NCBI GenBank assembly: GCA_038998335.1
Contig: JAVZHQ010000001.1
Span: 416,001-480,000, forward strand
From: Candidatus Aenigmatarchaeota archaeon
Lineage (GTDB): Archaea > Aenigmatarchaeota > Aenigmatarchaeia > CG10238-14 > SCSR01
Direction: 5' to 3'
Length of the DNA: 64,000 nt
Made by a program: the position numbers and the translations under genes. A model generated the notes under the pieces. The model had not been told where the DNA came from and made no database searches. It saw only the letters and a list, made by a program, of their open reading frames with translations. The first letter of the stretch is position 1. The number at the start of each line of letters is the position of its first letter. Below, one piece after another: positions 53,880-63,492 of the stretch.

Positions 53880-55250
53880 GTGAAAGAAGAAATTGTAACA
53901 GAAGAGGATATAGTTAAGAAGGTTAAAAGAGAAAAGATCGAAAGAGTTCATTTTCAATTTGTTGATATAGTTGGTAATTTGAAAAGCGTGAGCGTGCCAA
54001 CAAAAACAAAAGAAAACCTGGAAAATTTTAAGGAATATGTAGAAAATGGTTTGGGCTTTGATGGCTCTTCTGTTGAAGGTTTTGTAAGAATTGCAGAAAG
54101 CGATCTAGTTTTAAAGCCGCATATCTCAACTTTCAAAATTTTTCCTTGGAGAATCAACGAAATTAAAGAGGCAAGATTTTTGTGCGAAGTTTTGAGGCCT
54201 GGAGGATTTCCTTTTGAGGGCGACCCGATTTATGTTTTAAAAAATTGTGAGAAAAGACTTGAAGAAAAACTTGGAAAAGGAACAACTCCTAACTTTGCTT
54301 CAGAGATAGAGTTTTTTCTTTTTGAAATGAAAGATGATATTGCAGCCACTCCCCTAAAAACTGACAGGTATGGCTATTTTGATTACGCTCCTCTTCACAA
54401 AACAACTTTAGCGTTAAATAAAGCCATAAACTACATGGAAAACCTAGGCGTGAATGTTGTTAAGGAGCATCATGAAGTTTCTCAAGGACAATATGAAATA
54501 AACTACAAGCATAAACCTGCTTTAGAAGCGGCTATAGATTTTATAAATTACAAGCTTTGCGTCAAGGTTGCAAGTTATGAAAATGAGTTGTTTGCAAGTT
54601 TTATGCCAAAGCCAATTTACGGAATGAACGGCTCAGGAGCCCATACTCATCAAAGCATAATGAGGAATGGAGAAAACCTTTTCTTTGATGAAAAAGATAG
54701 TTATCATCTTTCTGATTTAGCAAGACACTTTCTTGCCGGACAGCTTAAATGTGTAAAAGAAATAGTTGGAATAACTAACCCTACTGTTAATTCTTATAAA
54801 AGACTAGTGGTTGGTTATGAGGCTCCTGTTTATATTTGCTGGGGAAGTAGAAACAGGTCAGCTTTAATAAGAAAACCAGAATATTTTCCTGGAAAGGAGA
54901 AAGAAACTAGACTAGAAGCAAGATGGCCTGACCCTTCGATGAACCCTTTTCTTGGCTATGCGGTAATGCTTGAAGCTGGTTTGTATGGAATAGAAAAAAA
55001 GCTCGAACCTCCTGACCCTGTGGAAGAAGATGTCTATCATTTTGATGATTCTAAACTCAAGAAATTTTATATAGAAACTTTGCCTCAATCCTTAGGAGAG
55101 GCAATGGAGCTAACGAGAAAAAGCAAAATAGTAGAAAAAGCTTTAGGTAGGTTTGTGAAAGAGAAGGTATATGAAATACTTAAAGCTCAGTGGGATAATT
55201 ACAGAAAACAAGTTCATCCTTGGGAATTGGAGAAATACCTAGCTCTTTAA
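53880..55250 (+). CDS. glnA: Glutamine synthetase type I
   Basis: FDGSS, EHHEV, FMPKP..GMNGSGAH, YKRLVVGYEAP and NRSALIR. Confidence 0.97.
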   Translation: MKEEIVTEEDIVKKVKREKIERVHFQFVDIVGNLKSVSVPTKTKENLENFKEYVENGLGFDGSSVEGFVRIAESDLVLKPHISTFKIFPWRINEIKEARFLCEVLRPGGFPFEGDPIYVLKNCEKRLEEKLGKGTTPNFASEIEFFLFEMKDDIAATPLKTDRYGYFDYAPLHKTTLALNKAINYMENLGVNVVKEHHEVSQGQYEINYKHKPALEAAIDFINYKLCVKVASYENELFASFMPKPIYGMNGSGAHTHQSIMRNGENLFFDEKDSYHLSDLARHFLAGQLKCVKEIVGITNPTVNSYKRLVVGYEAPVYICWGSRNRSALIRKPEYFPGKEKETRLEARWPDPSMNPFLGYAVMLEAGLYGIEKKLEPPDPVEEDVYHFDDSKLKKFYIETLPQSLGEAMELTRKSKIVEKALGRFVKEKVYEILKAQWDNYRKQVHPWELEKYLAL

Positions 55251-55302
55251 AAGGCAAAAATTAATAAAAGAGTTTGCAATATTTATTAGGAAAGGTGAAC
55301 GC

Positions 55303-56628
55303 TTGTATTCTAAGGAAATAGAGTCACTACTTAAAAGTAAAAAAATTGAAGTTGGAGATAGAATAGTTGTTTCCAAAAAAGGAAAAAAGTATGAAGGAAT
55401 TCTAATGCCAAGAATAGAGCTTGGCAATACTTCTTGCTTAATTCTCAAGTTGGATAACGGATACAATATTGGAATCAAGCTTGAGAAAGGAATAAAGGTA
55501 AAGAAAGTGAAGAAGGAGTGGAGGCTTGAGGAGCCAAGAGTAGAAAAAGAAAAAGTTTTAATATTTGACAAAAAGCTTCCTTTGATTTCTATTCTTGGAA
55601 CAGGAGGAACTATTGCAAGCAGAGTAGATTATAGAACTGGAGGAGTCTATGCTTCTTTTTCTCCTCGCGATATAGTAGCACAAATTCCTGAGTTAAAAGA
55701 AATTGCAAACATAAAAGTTGAGCAAGTTATGAACATAATGAGCGAAGATATTACTCCAGAAAAATGGGTAGAAATAGCAAAAGCTGTTGCAAAAGAAATT
55801 AACTCTGGCTCAAAAGGAGTAATAGTTACTCACGGCACAGATACTTTGCATTATACTTCTGCTGCTCTAAGCTTTATGCTGAAAGATTTGCCTTGCCCTG
55901 TAGCTTTAGTTGGGTCGCAAAGGTCTAGCGATAGGCCAAGTAGTGATGCTGTAATGAATGTGAGCTGTGCAGCAAACTTTGTAGCAAATTCTGATGTAGC
56001 TGAGGTTTGCATAGTAATGCATGGCAGTATAAATGATGATTATTGCTTTGCCATAAGGGGAACAAGAGCAAGAAAGATGCATGCTAGTAGAAGAGATGCT
56101 TTTAAGGCAATTAACGAATTACCAATAGCAAAAATTTACTGGGAAAACAGAAAAATTGAAATTTTGAACCAAAATTACAGGAAAAGAAGCGAGAAAAAAG
56201 TAAAGGTTGATGAAAAGATTGAGAGAAAAGTTGCTTTGATTAAGTGTTATCCTGGTCTTAACCCTGAAATTTTTGATTTCTACTTAGAAAAAGGCTATAA
56301 GGGTTTTGTTGTAGAAGCAACAGGCTTGGGACATGTCCCTACTTTAGGAGAAAATTCTTTATTACCAAAAATTGAAAAAGCTGTAAGCCTAGGAATTCCT
56401 GTTGTTGTAGCTTCGCAATGCTTGTACGGAAGAACTCATCCAACAATTTACCATAATTTAAGGGAGCTTTTGAAAAGAGGGGCAATTTTTGCAAGCGACA
56501 TGCTTCCTGAAGTTGCTTACGTTAAGCTGATGTTTGTTTTGGGGCATGAAAAGAAAATGGAAAAAATAAAAGAGCTCATGCTTTCTAATTTAGCTGGCGA
56601 AATCTCGGAGAGAATTGAGTATGAGTGA
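55303..56628 (+). CDS. gatD: Glu-tRNA(Gln) amidotransferase subunit D
   Basis: KLDNGYNIG, TGGTIASRVDY, HGTDT and SQRSSDRPSSD. Confidence 0.96.
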   Translation: MYSKEIESLLKSKKIEVGDRIVVSKKGKKYEGILMPRIELGNTSCLILKLDNGYNIGIKLEKGIKVKKVKKEWRLEEPRVEKEKVLIFDKKLPLISILGTGGTIASRVDYRTGGVYASFSPRDIVAQIPELKEIANIKVEQVMNIMSEDITPEKWVEIAKAVAKEINSGSKGVIVTHGTDTLHYTSAALSFMLKDLPCPVALVGSQRSSDRPSSDAVMNVSCAANFVANSDVAEVCIVMHGSINDDYCFAIRGTRARKMHASRRDAFKAINELPIAKIYWENRKIEILNQNYRKRSEKKVKVDEKIERKVALIKCYPGLNPEIFDFYLEKGYKGFVVEATGLGHVPTLGENSLLPKIEKAVSLGIPVVVASQCLYGRTHPTIYHNLRELLKRGAIFASDMLPEVAYVKLMFVLGHEKKMEKIKELMLSNLAGEISERIEYE

Positions 56629-58084
56629 AGGAATAAATTATAAAAAAATTGGTTTGAAGGCTGGTTTGGAAATTCATGTTCAGCTTAACACTAAGCATAA
56701 GCTTTTTTGCAATTGCTCGACTGAGATGAAAGAAAAGGAGCCTGTAGCAATAATTAAAAGAAAGCAGCATCCTGTTCAAAGCGAGCTAGGAGAAGTTGAT
56801 GTAGCTGCTCAGTATGAATACTTGAGAAACAGAACTTTCTATTACCAGGTTTTTAGGAATGAAGTTTGCTTAATCGATTTGGATGAAGAACCGCCTTTAC
56901 CTTTGAACCAAGAAGCCTTAGAAATTGCCTTACAAATTGCTTTACTCTTGAATTGTTCTATTCCAGAAGAAATTCATGTCATGAGGAAAACTGTTATAGA
57001 CGGCTCAACCCCAATGGGCTTTCAGAGAACTGCAATAATTGGAAAAGATGGTTTTCTCAAGTATAAGGGAAAGAAAATTGAGATAAAGCATGTTTGTTTG
57101 GAAGAAGATGCGGCAGCGATAGTTAAGGAAGAAGATGGTAATGTAACCTATAGGCTAAGCAGGCTTGGTATTCCTTTGGTTGAGATAAGTACAGGCTTAT
57201 TAGAAGGTTTTTCTCCTGAGGAAATCCAGGAGATTGCTTATTTTATTGGGTTAACTTGCAAGTCAACAGGAAAAGTCAAGCGTGGAATAGGAACCATAAG
57301 GCAGGATTTGAACGTTAGCATAAAAAAAGGAAAAAGGGTTGAAATAAAAGGAGTGCAGGAGCTTGGTTTAATAGCAAAGGTTATCGAGCTAGAAGTAAAA
57401 AGGCAGCTAGAACTAATAGAAAAAGGACAAAAAATTGAAGAAGAAACAAGAGCTGCTTTGCCAGATGCTACAACAAAATTCTTAAGACCTTTACCAGGAG
57501 CTGCTCGCCTATACCCTGAAACAGACATTGCTCCGATAATAGTTTCGAAAGAGTTAATAGAAAAAATAAAGAAAAGTTTGCCTGAACCTTGGACAAAAAA
57601 ATTAGCAAGATTTAAAACAAAGCTTAAGCTTTCAGAAGATTTGGCAAAGCAAATAATAAGGTCTGATTATCTAGAAATTTTTGAAAAAATTGTTGAAAAG
57701 AAAAGAGTTGAACCTAGCATAGTAGCAAACACTTTTGTTTCCACTCTTAAAGATTTGGAGAAAAGGGAAAAGGTAAACGTTGAGAATTTAACTGAGAAGC
57801 ATTTCCTTGAAGTTTTTGACGCTTTAGCTAGAAAACAACTGATAAAAGAAGCTATTCCTCAAGTTCTAGCTTACTTAGCAAAAAACCCTGATAAAAGCGT
57901 AAGCTTTGCGGTAAAAGAGCTTGACTTAAAACCAATAAAAGTTAGCGAGCTAAAAGAAATAGCTAAAAGCATTGTTACAAAAGACATGCCTTTTGAAAAG
58001 GCTTTGGGCTTAGTGATGAGCAAAGTTAGAGGAAAAATAGAAGCAAAGGAAGTTATGAAAGTAGTAAAGAAGCTTCTAAAGTAA
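56615..58084 (+). CDS. gatE: Glu-tRNA(Gln) amidotransferase subunit E, short form
   Basis: GLEIH, KLFC, RKTVIDGS, LEEDAA, GTIRQDLNVS and PLPGAARLYPETD; follows gatD. Confidence 0.93.
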   Translation: MSMSEGINYKKIGLKAGLEIHVQLNTKHKLFCNCSTEMKEKEPVAIIKRKQHPVQSELGEVDVAAQYEYLRNRTFYYQVFRNEVCLIDLDEEPPLPLNQEALEIALQIALLLNCSIPEEIHVMRKTVIDGSTPMGFQRTAIIGKDGFLKYKGKKIEIKHVCLEEDAAAIVKEEDGNVTYRLSRLGIPLVEISTGLLEGFSPEEIQEIAYFIGLTCKSTGKVKRGIGTIRQDLNVSIKKGKRVEIKGVQELGLIAKVIELEVKRQLELIEKGQKIEEETRAALPDATTKFLRPLPGAARLYPETDIAPIIVSKELIEKIKKSLPEPWTKKLARFKTKLKLSEDLAKQIIRSDYLEIFEKIVEKKRVEPSIVANTFVSTLKDLEKREKVNVENLTEKHFLEVFDALARKQLIKEAIPQVLAYLAKNPDKSVSFAVKELDLKPIKVSELKEIAKSIVTKDMPFEKALGLVMSKVRGKIEAKEVMKVVKKLLK

Positions 58085-60469
58085 CTATTTTTTTCTCATT
58101 TTTTCAAGTCTTTCTTCAAGGTCTTTTATTTTTACCTGAATCTCTATAGTTTTTTTCTCAAAATCTTCCATCATTCTCTTAAAAGCTTCTTCTGGAATTT
58201 TTCTTTGGAAGTATTCTTTTTGAGTTACTTTTTGCATTTCTTCTATGTGCTCAAGCTCTTTCTTGTAATTTTCTATTTCTTTTTTAATTTTTTCTTCTTC
58301 TGAAACTTTTGCTCTCAAAAGTTTGTAGGCAAAGTAAAGCAAGATTGGAATAGGAATAAGAAAGCTCCACCAATAGCTTGAGAACATGTTTAGCTTAGAT
58401 TTTATCGTAAACATTTTTTCTAGCTCTCCTTGATTATTGTTAGAATCTTTTGCTGAGATTCTTGCAATAAACTGACCTTCTTCCTTAACTAGAAATTTGC
58501 AAGTATAATTCCCTTCTTCTGTTTCGCTCAAGGAAACCTGCTGGCCTTGAAAAGTTAAAAATACTGTAGCTCCTTCTACTGGCTTGTTATCAGAATAGAA
58601 AGCTCTAACAAGAAAACTTACAGTTTCGCCTGAAATAAGCTCAGTTTCTCTTGGGGAAAGAAGTTCAAGCATGATATTTGCTGGTTCAACAAGTATTGTA
58701 GCGAAAGATCCTCCTCTGTAGAGTTTACCTTTTTCTTCCTTTACAGCTTCACAAACGATATTCCAGCTTCCTATGGGGTCGCTAAACTTTATTTTATATT
58801 CTCCAGAATAGTTGCCAGAAGTTTGATTTAGTTTGATTGTTATACCATTAGGAAGGTTACAACTCACGACAGCATTAGTTTCTGAGGTATTTCCTCTTTT
58901 CACTTCAACCTCTATCTTAAGAGTATCTCCTCTTTTGTAAATTGAATCTTCTTGCGGAGATAGAAAGTTTAAGGAATAGTAGACTTCTGCCGGAGCTTTT
59001 ACTAAAACGAAAGTTTGGGCTTTTCCTACATTGCCAGAGGCATCGATAACTTCCACTGAAATTTTCCAACTTCCTTCAGGGTCGCCAAAGCTTATCGGAT
59101 ATTCATAATAAAACCTTCCGTAGCTGTCTGTATAGGTTTTAAAGTTTAACTTCCACTTGCCCAATTCTAGTGTTATGTAAACTTCAGCGTTTTGAACAGG
59201 AAGTCTTTCTTGAGTTAAAGCATTCCCGCTTATCAAAATTTTCTCACCTTTTATGTATTCTTTCTTGTCTGTTTGTAGAAAAACTGTAAGTTCTGAGACT
59301 TGCTTAACTTCTATCTCGCAAAAATCAGAGCTATCCTCCAAATCGCAAGAAGACCTTTCAGGTAAAGAAGAAGCGTAGCAGCTTACTTTAATTTTGTATT
59401 TTCCAGGGGTTAAAGGTGCAGAAATCGTCCTTGTTATAGTTTGAAGCGAGCATTGGTTAAAATCTTCGTTAAAATAGCACGCTTCTCTTGTTCCGTTTAT
59501 AAAAATTGCTTGAACGTCATAGCTGCTAGAAGCGTTTATTTGATAAGTTATTTGAAAGTTTGAACCAGCTATTACTTGAAGAGGACATTCTTTTATCTTA
59601 ACATAACATTTTGTACAAGTAGGCTGAATTGTTTCAATTGTTTCAGTTTTGGTAACCTTAACATAATCTTCTAAGAAAGAAGAATAGCCATTCCTATCAG
59701 AAACATTAATTTTTACTGTATAAGAGTTGCTTTCTGTTTCATCATAGTTTGCGGTTAAATCCCAAGTAGCTAAAAGAGCTTCGTCAGGAAGCAATTTTGA
59801 AAGGGTAGAGTTTACCCAGGAAGGGGAAGGAAGCGGAGAAGGTAACCAGTCTGGAAAGACTGACATTAAAGGGTTTAAATCGTAAGAAGTTCCTGAGTGA
59901 GTCGAATCTTTGATATTTTTAATCGTTGCGCTTACGTAAATAATTGCTTTTGGGTTAGTTGAATTGAGGATTACCTCCTTAGGTTGAATTTTTAGCTCGA
60001 CTATGTTGAGATTTGGGGCTAGAACAGAAAAATAAGTAGAGGCACTTCCTTCTATTCCTTGACGTTCTGCATAATAACATAGCCATTCATCTTTTCTGTC
60101 TTGGGGTGGTGTATCTAAAGTTGCGTTGAAGAAGAGAAGAACTGTAAATTGAGGAAAAGAGGTAGTCCATGACAAATTTATAGCTGAGATTTTTCCTTCG
60201 TAAGACTCGGTAGTTATCTGTGCCGAAAAAGAAGAACCAATCGAATTTTCATCAATATCGTAATATGGAGCGCTTGGGCAACCGCTTGGATTACATGGAG
60301 GGACATAAATTTTTATTGATTGGACCTTGGTATCTGGTGTGAAGGAAAAATTAAGTCTAAGGGTTGTGCCTGCATCTCCAGAGCTTGGAGTAACAGAAAA
60401 GGAAGCTGCAAAGGAAGAAGCTGGTAGAAAAATAAGAAAGAATAAAATTGAAAACAGCTTTTTCTTCAT
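58085..60469 (-). CDS. Large surface protein with Ig-like domains, C-terminal TM and coiled-coil tail
   Basis: Signal peptide; TDKKEY..GE and DP.GSW repeats; TM helix then charged tail. Confidence 0.75.
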   Translation of the reverse strand: MKKKLFSILFFLIFLPASSFAASFSVTPSSGDAGTTLRLNFSFTPDTKVQSIKIYVPPCNPSGCPSAPYYDIDENSIGSSFSAQITTESYEGKISAINLSWTTSFPQFTVLLFFNATLDTPPQDRKDEWLCYYAERQGIEGSASTYFSVLAPNLNIVELKIQPKEVILNSTNPKAIIYVSATIKNIKDSTHSGTSYDLNPLMSVFPDWLPSPLPSPSWVNSTLSKLLPDEALLATWDLTANYDETESNSYTVKINVSDRNGYSSFLEDYVKVTKTETIETIQPTCTKCYVKIKECPLQVIAGSNFQITYQINASSSYDVQAIFINGTREACYFNEDFNQCSLQTITRTISAPLTPGKYKIKVSCYASSLPERSSCDLEDSSDFCEIEVKQVSELTVFLQTDKKEYIKGEKILISGNALTQERLPVQNAEVYITLELGKWKLNFKTYTDSYGRFYYEYPISFGDPEGSWKISVEVIDASGNVGKAQTFVLVKAPAEVYYSLNFLSPQEDSIYKRGDTLKIEVEVKRGNTSETNAVVSCNLPNGITIKLNQTSGNYSGEYKIKFSDPIGSWNIVCEAVKEEKGKLYRGGSFATILVEPANIMLELLSPRETELISGETVSFLVRAFYSDNKPVEGATVFLTFQGQQVSLSETEEGNYTCKFLVKEEGQFIARISAKDSNNNQGELEKMFTIKSKLNMFSSYWWSFLIPIPILLYFAYKLLRAKVSEEEKIKKEIENYKKELEHIEEMQKVTQKEYFQRKIPEEAFKRMMEDFEKKTIEIQVKIKDLEERLEKMRKK

Positions 60470-60497
60470 AAATAATAATTTGTTAAAAGAAAAATTT

Positions 60498-60923
60498 CTA
60501 TTTTAGAGCAAATTTTCTCTCTTTCAAAACAATCTTTTTTGCTATTTCTACTTCTTTTGGAAACTCCTTTCCTCTTTTCAAAAAGTTTCTCTCAACTTTT
60601 TTTGCTTCAAAAGCTTCTACCAAATAATTTTCTATTTCTTTTTCGTTAAAAGGCTTACAAGAAAAAACATCTATGCTAGCAAAACCATAGCCAACAAAAG
60701 TGTGAATGCTTATGTGACTTTCAGCTATTAAAACAAAAGCAGAGATTCCTCCTTTATCAAAAGAGTTTGGATTGCCTTTGTGCAAAACAACTTGAGGAGT
60801 AGAAATCTTTCGCATTCCCATCAGTTCTGGAAGCTCGTCTAAGATTTTGTAAATAAAGTTTAGGTCAGAAAGCTTTTCTTCCTTGCAGCCGTATAAGTCT
60901 AAGGTTAAGTGCGGACCAAACAT
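60498..60923 (-). CDS. speD: S-adenosylmethionine decarboxylase proenzyme (or pyruvoyl-dependent paralog)
   Basis: GPHLTLDLYGC, AE|SHISIHT self-cleavage site and IDVFSC; start at MFGPH. Confidence 0.88.
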   Translation of the reverse strand: MFGPHLTLDLYGCKEEKLSDLNFIYKILDELPELMGMRKISTPQVVLHKGNPNSFDKGGISAFVLIAESHISIHTFVGYGFASIDVFSCKPFNEKEIENYLVEAFEAKKVERNFLKRGKEFPKEVEIAKKIVLKERKFALK

Positions 60924-60992
60924 TTCCTTTTGCCTAATGAAATAATTAGTATGCAACTTGTATTTAAACTTTTATGAAATTTTTTTCATATT

Positions 60993-62270
60993 TCAAGAAA
61001 TTATTTCTCCGATTAAGTAATTGCTTTTTGCTTCAATTATTCTAACATTTTTGAATTGGCCGAGCAAATTTTTCTCGCTTTTCACAACTATTGGCTTGTA
61101 AGCAAAGTTTCTTGCTATGAAAGTTTTGCTTTTCGCTCCTTTCTCATCTATTAAGCATAAGCCTTCCCAGTTTAACCATTTCTGATTTTTTTCGAAAGAA
61201 ATCCTTCTAACAAGCTCAAAAGCCTCTTTAGACCTTTTCTTTATAGTAGCTTGAGGAAGCTGCTTCATCTTTGCTGCTTCTGTTCCTGGTCTTGGGCCAA
61301 ACTTTGAAATGTTAACTATGTCTGGCTTAACTTTTTCTATAAATTTTAAAGTTTGTTGGAAGTCTTGCTCTGTTTCTGAGGGAAAGCCAACTATAATATC
61401 GGTAGAAAGAGTTAAGTTAGGGAAAGCTTCGTAGAACTTTTCTATAATTTCTAAGGCATCTTTTGGCTTATATCCTCTTCTCATTTTTTCTAGAACACTC
61501 TCGCTAAAGGATTGTATCGGTAAATGTAAAAACTTGAAGACTTTTTCATTCTTATAAGCTTGAATCAATTCTTCTAAAATTTTTCTTGTGTAGAAAGGGT
61601 TAATCATTCCTACCCTTACAAAAAATTTTCCTTCTATTTCACAAATTTTTTCTAGCAAGTTAGCTAGATTTTTTCCGTTGTAATTGTAAGAAGAGTTGTC
61701 TTGAGAAGTTATCCAAACTTCCTTTTTCCCTTTTTTTATTGCATTTTCAACATCTTTAACTATCAAATCAAAAGGAAAGGAAAACAAATTTCCTTTGTTA
61801 ATTCTTACAATACAATAGCTGCAAGCTAAGTTGCAGCCTGTAGAGATTTGGGTTATATGGATTACTTTACTTCTTTGAACCCTTGGCAAGCAAACCTTAG
61901 GCTCCTTTAAGTTTTCAAGAAAAACTATTTTTTTTCCTTCCATAGTTTCTTTAACAGCTTCAACAATTTTTGAAATAGAATTTGGGCCAAGCAAGCTTGC
62001 TTTTTGGTTAATTTTTTCTATTAGCTCTTTTTGCGTAGAAGGCATGCAGCCAGCAACTATCAAAGGCTTATTCAAGCTTGAAAACTTTTTTATTTCGTTT
62101 ATCATTCTTTTTTCAGTTGGTAGCTTAACGTTACAAGTAACTAAAATATTTAGATCGCTTTTTTCTTCTCTATCAACTATTTCAAAACCTTTTTCTTCTA
62201 GCAAGCCTGCCATTATTTCTGAATCCGAAAAGCTTGCTGAGCAGCCAAAAGCTTTGAGATAAACTTTCAT
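60993..62270 (-). CDS. tRNA t6A37 methylthiotransferase (archaeal MtaB/CDKAL1-like radical SAM)
   Basis: FGC, TC and AGC UPF0004 Cys; GCNLACSYC; LHLPIQS; TRAM domain. Confidence 0.9.
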   Translation of the reverse strand: MKVYLKAFGCSASFSDSEIMAGLLEEKGFEIVDREEKSDLNILVTCNVKLPTEKRMINEIKKFSSLNKPLIVAGCMPSTQKELIEKINQKASLLGPNSISKIVEAVKETMEGKKIVFLENLKEPKVCLPRVQRSKVIHITQISTGCNLACSYCIVRINKGNLFSFPFDLIVKDVENAIKKGKKEVWITSQDNSSYNYNGKNLANLLEKICEIEGKFFVRVGMINPFYTRKILEELIQAYKNEKVFKFLHLPIQSFSESVLEKMRRGYKPKDALEIIEKFYEAFPNLTLSTDIIVGFPSETEQDFQQTLKFIEKVKPDIVNISKFGPRPGTEAAKMKQLPQATIKKRSKEAFELVRRISFEKNQKWLNWEGLCLIDEKGAKSKTFIARNFAYKPIVVKSEKNLLGQFKNVRIIEAKSNYLIGEIIS

Positions 62271-62339
62271 ATTTTAAATTGCAGAAGTTTAAGTTAAATA
62301 AGGTTTATTTTTCAGCTTTTGCTTGAAAACGCAAGCTAG

Positions 62340-63374
62340 CTAAATTTTCTCTAGCACAAAAACATGAGGATATAAACCTCCAGATTCTATAACTCTTTCT
62401 TCCACAATTTTAAACTTTTTTGTCCTTATCACAAAAGTTCGAAAAGAGTCTGCTCTTAAAGTTAAAGCTACAATTTTTCCAGAATCTTTTAAAACTTCGT
62501 AAGATGAAATCAAAAATTTCTCGTAGAGAGATTTTAAGTTTTTTCTTCTAATCCTTATTCCGTAAGGCAAATCTGTAATTATTTTGTCTATTGAATTTTT
62601 GGGAAAAGCCTCTTCAAGCTTTGTTGCGTCCAAAACCTTAAAATTTATGAAATTCTCTAGCTTATTAGCCTTAGCGTTTTTTATCGCTCCTTCAACAAAC
62701 TTTTTGTTTATGTCGCTTCCAAAAATTTTTATTCTATTTTTAAACAAGCTTGCTAACTCTAAAAGAATTGTTCCACCTCCGCACATAGGGTCAAGAACTG
62801 TTTCATTTTCCTTAATTTTTGCCATTCTTATCAAACCATAAGCTATTGTTGACTTTATCGCTGCTGGATGAACAAAAGGTAGCTTAAACCTTTTGTATAA
62901 AGATTCTTTTGTTAGTTGGGAAGAAATCAAAACATCTTTTCCAAAAACATCAACTCTTAAGTTAACATCAAAATTTTTAAGATCAACGCTTAGCTTGTAT
63001 TTTTCTTTTATAACTTGGCCAGCAACCTTTTGGATTTCAACAGAAGTGAAGGAATGCAAGCCTATTCTTTGGGAAGTAACCCTGAAACTTTTCTTATTTT
63101 TAAAAATTTTTGAAAGGTTTATTTTTTCAAGTTTTAGAGCTATTTCTTCTAGAGCATTTCTATCAAGAGTTGAAATTTGGAAAGAAGAGATTAGCTTTGC
63201 TATGTGATGAATTGATCTGAAAGAAAAAAGTTTTCTTGAGGATTTGGTTTCGATTAAAACTTTTCCTGGCAAGTTTTTTATCTTACCTAAGAACTTTGCG
63301 TTTTTTATTTTTTCTTTTAGCTCTAGCTTTACTATATCTTCTAAACCAGGATCGCAAGTAAGAATAAACTTCAT
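62340..63374 (-). CDS. THUMP-domain tRNA guanine-N2 methyltransferase (Trm14-like)
   Basis: PGLED, SFRVTSQRIGLHSFTS, DPMCGGGT and DLPYG. Confidence 0.88.
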   Translation of the reverse strand: MKFILTCDPGLEDIVKLELKEKIKNAKFLGKIKNLPGKVLIETKSSRKLFSFRSIHHIAKLISSFQISTLDRNALEEIALKLEKINLSKIFKNKKSFRVTSQRIGLHSFTSVEIQKVAGQVIKEKYKLSVDLKNFDVNLRVDVFGKDVLISSQLTKESLYKRFKLPFVHPAAIKSTIAYGLIRMAKIKENETVLDPMCGGGTILLELASLFKNRIKIFGSDINKKFVEGAIKNAKANKLENFINFKVLDATKLEEAFPKNSIDKIITDLPYGIRIRRKNLKSLYEKFLISSYEVLKDSGKIVALTLRADSFRTFVIRTKKFKIVEERVIESGGLYPHVFVLEKI

Positions 63375-63492
63375 GTTTATTTATTTTTAAAGTTTTTTTA
63401 TTCAAATTTTTCTTAATGTTTGAGAAAAATGAAGAAGAATTTACTCTGAGAAAATTTTAAAATACTTATTTCTTTAAAGTAATTTCTAATTA

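Noticed and set aside
62321-62336. Hairpin GCTTG-aaaacg-CAAGC after the Trm14-like gene as a terminator
   Set aside because: A 5-bp stem is too weak to call.
828-63207. Many short antisense or alternate-frame ORFs (e.g. 828..1025, 11408..11752, 21668..22036, 36446..36916, 62893..63207)
   Set aside because: They overlap well-supported genes and have the Phe/Ser/Leu-rich composition expected of shadows of Lys/Glu-rich coding strands.
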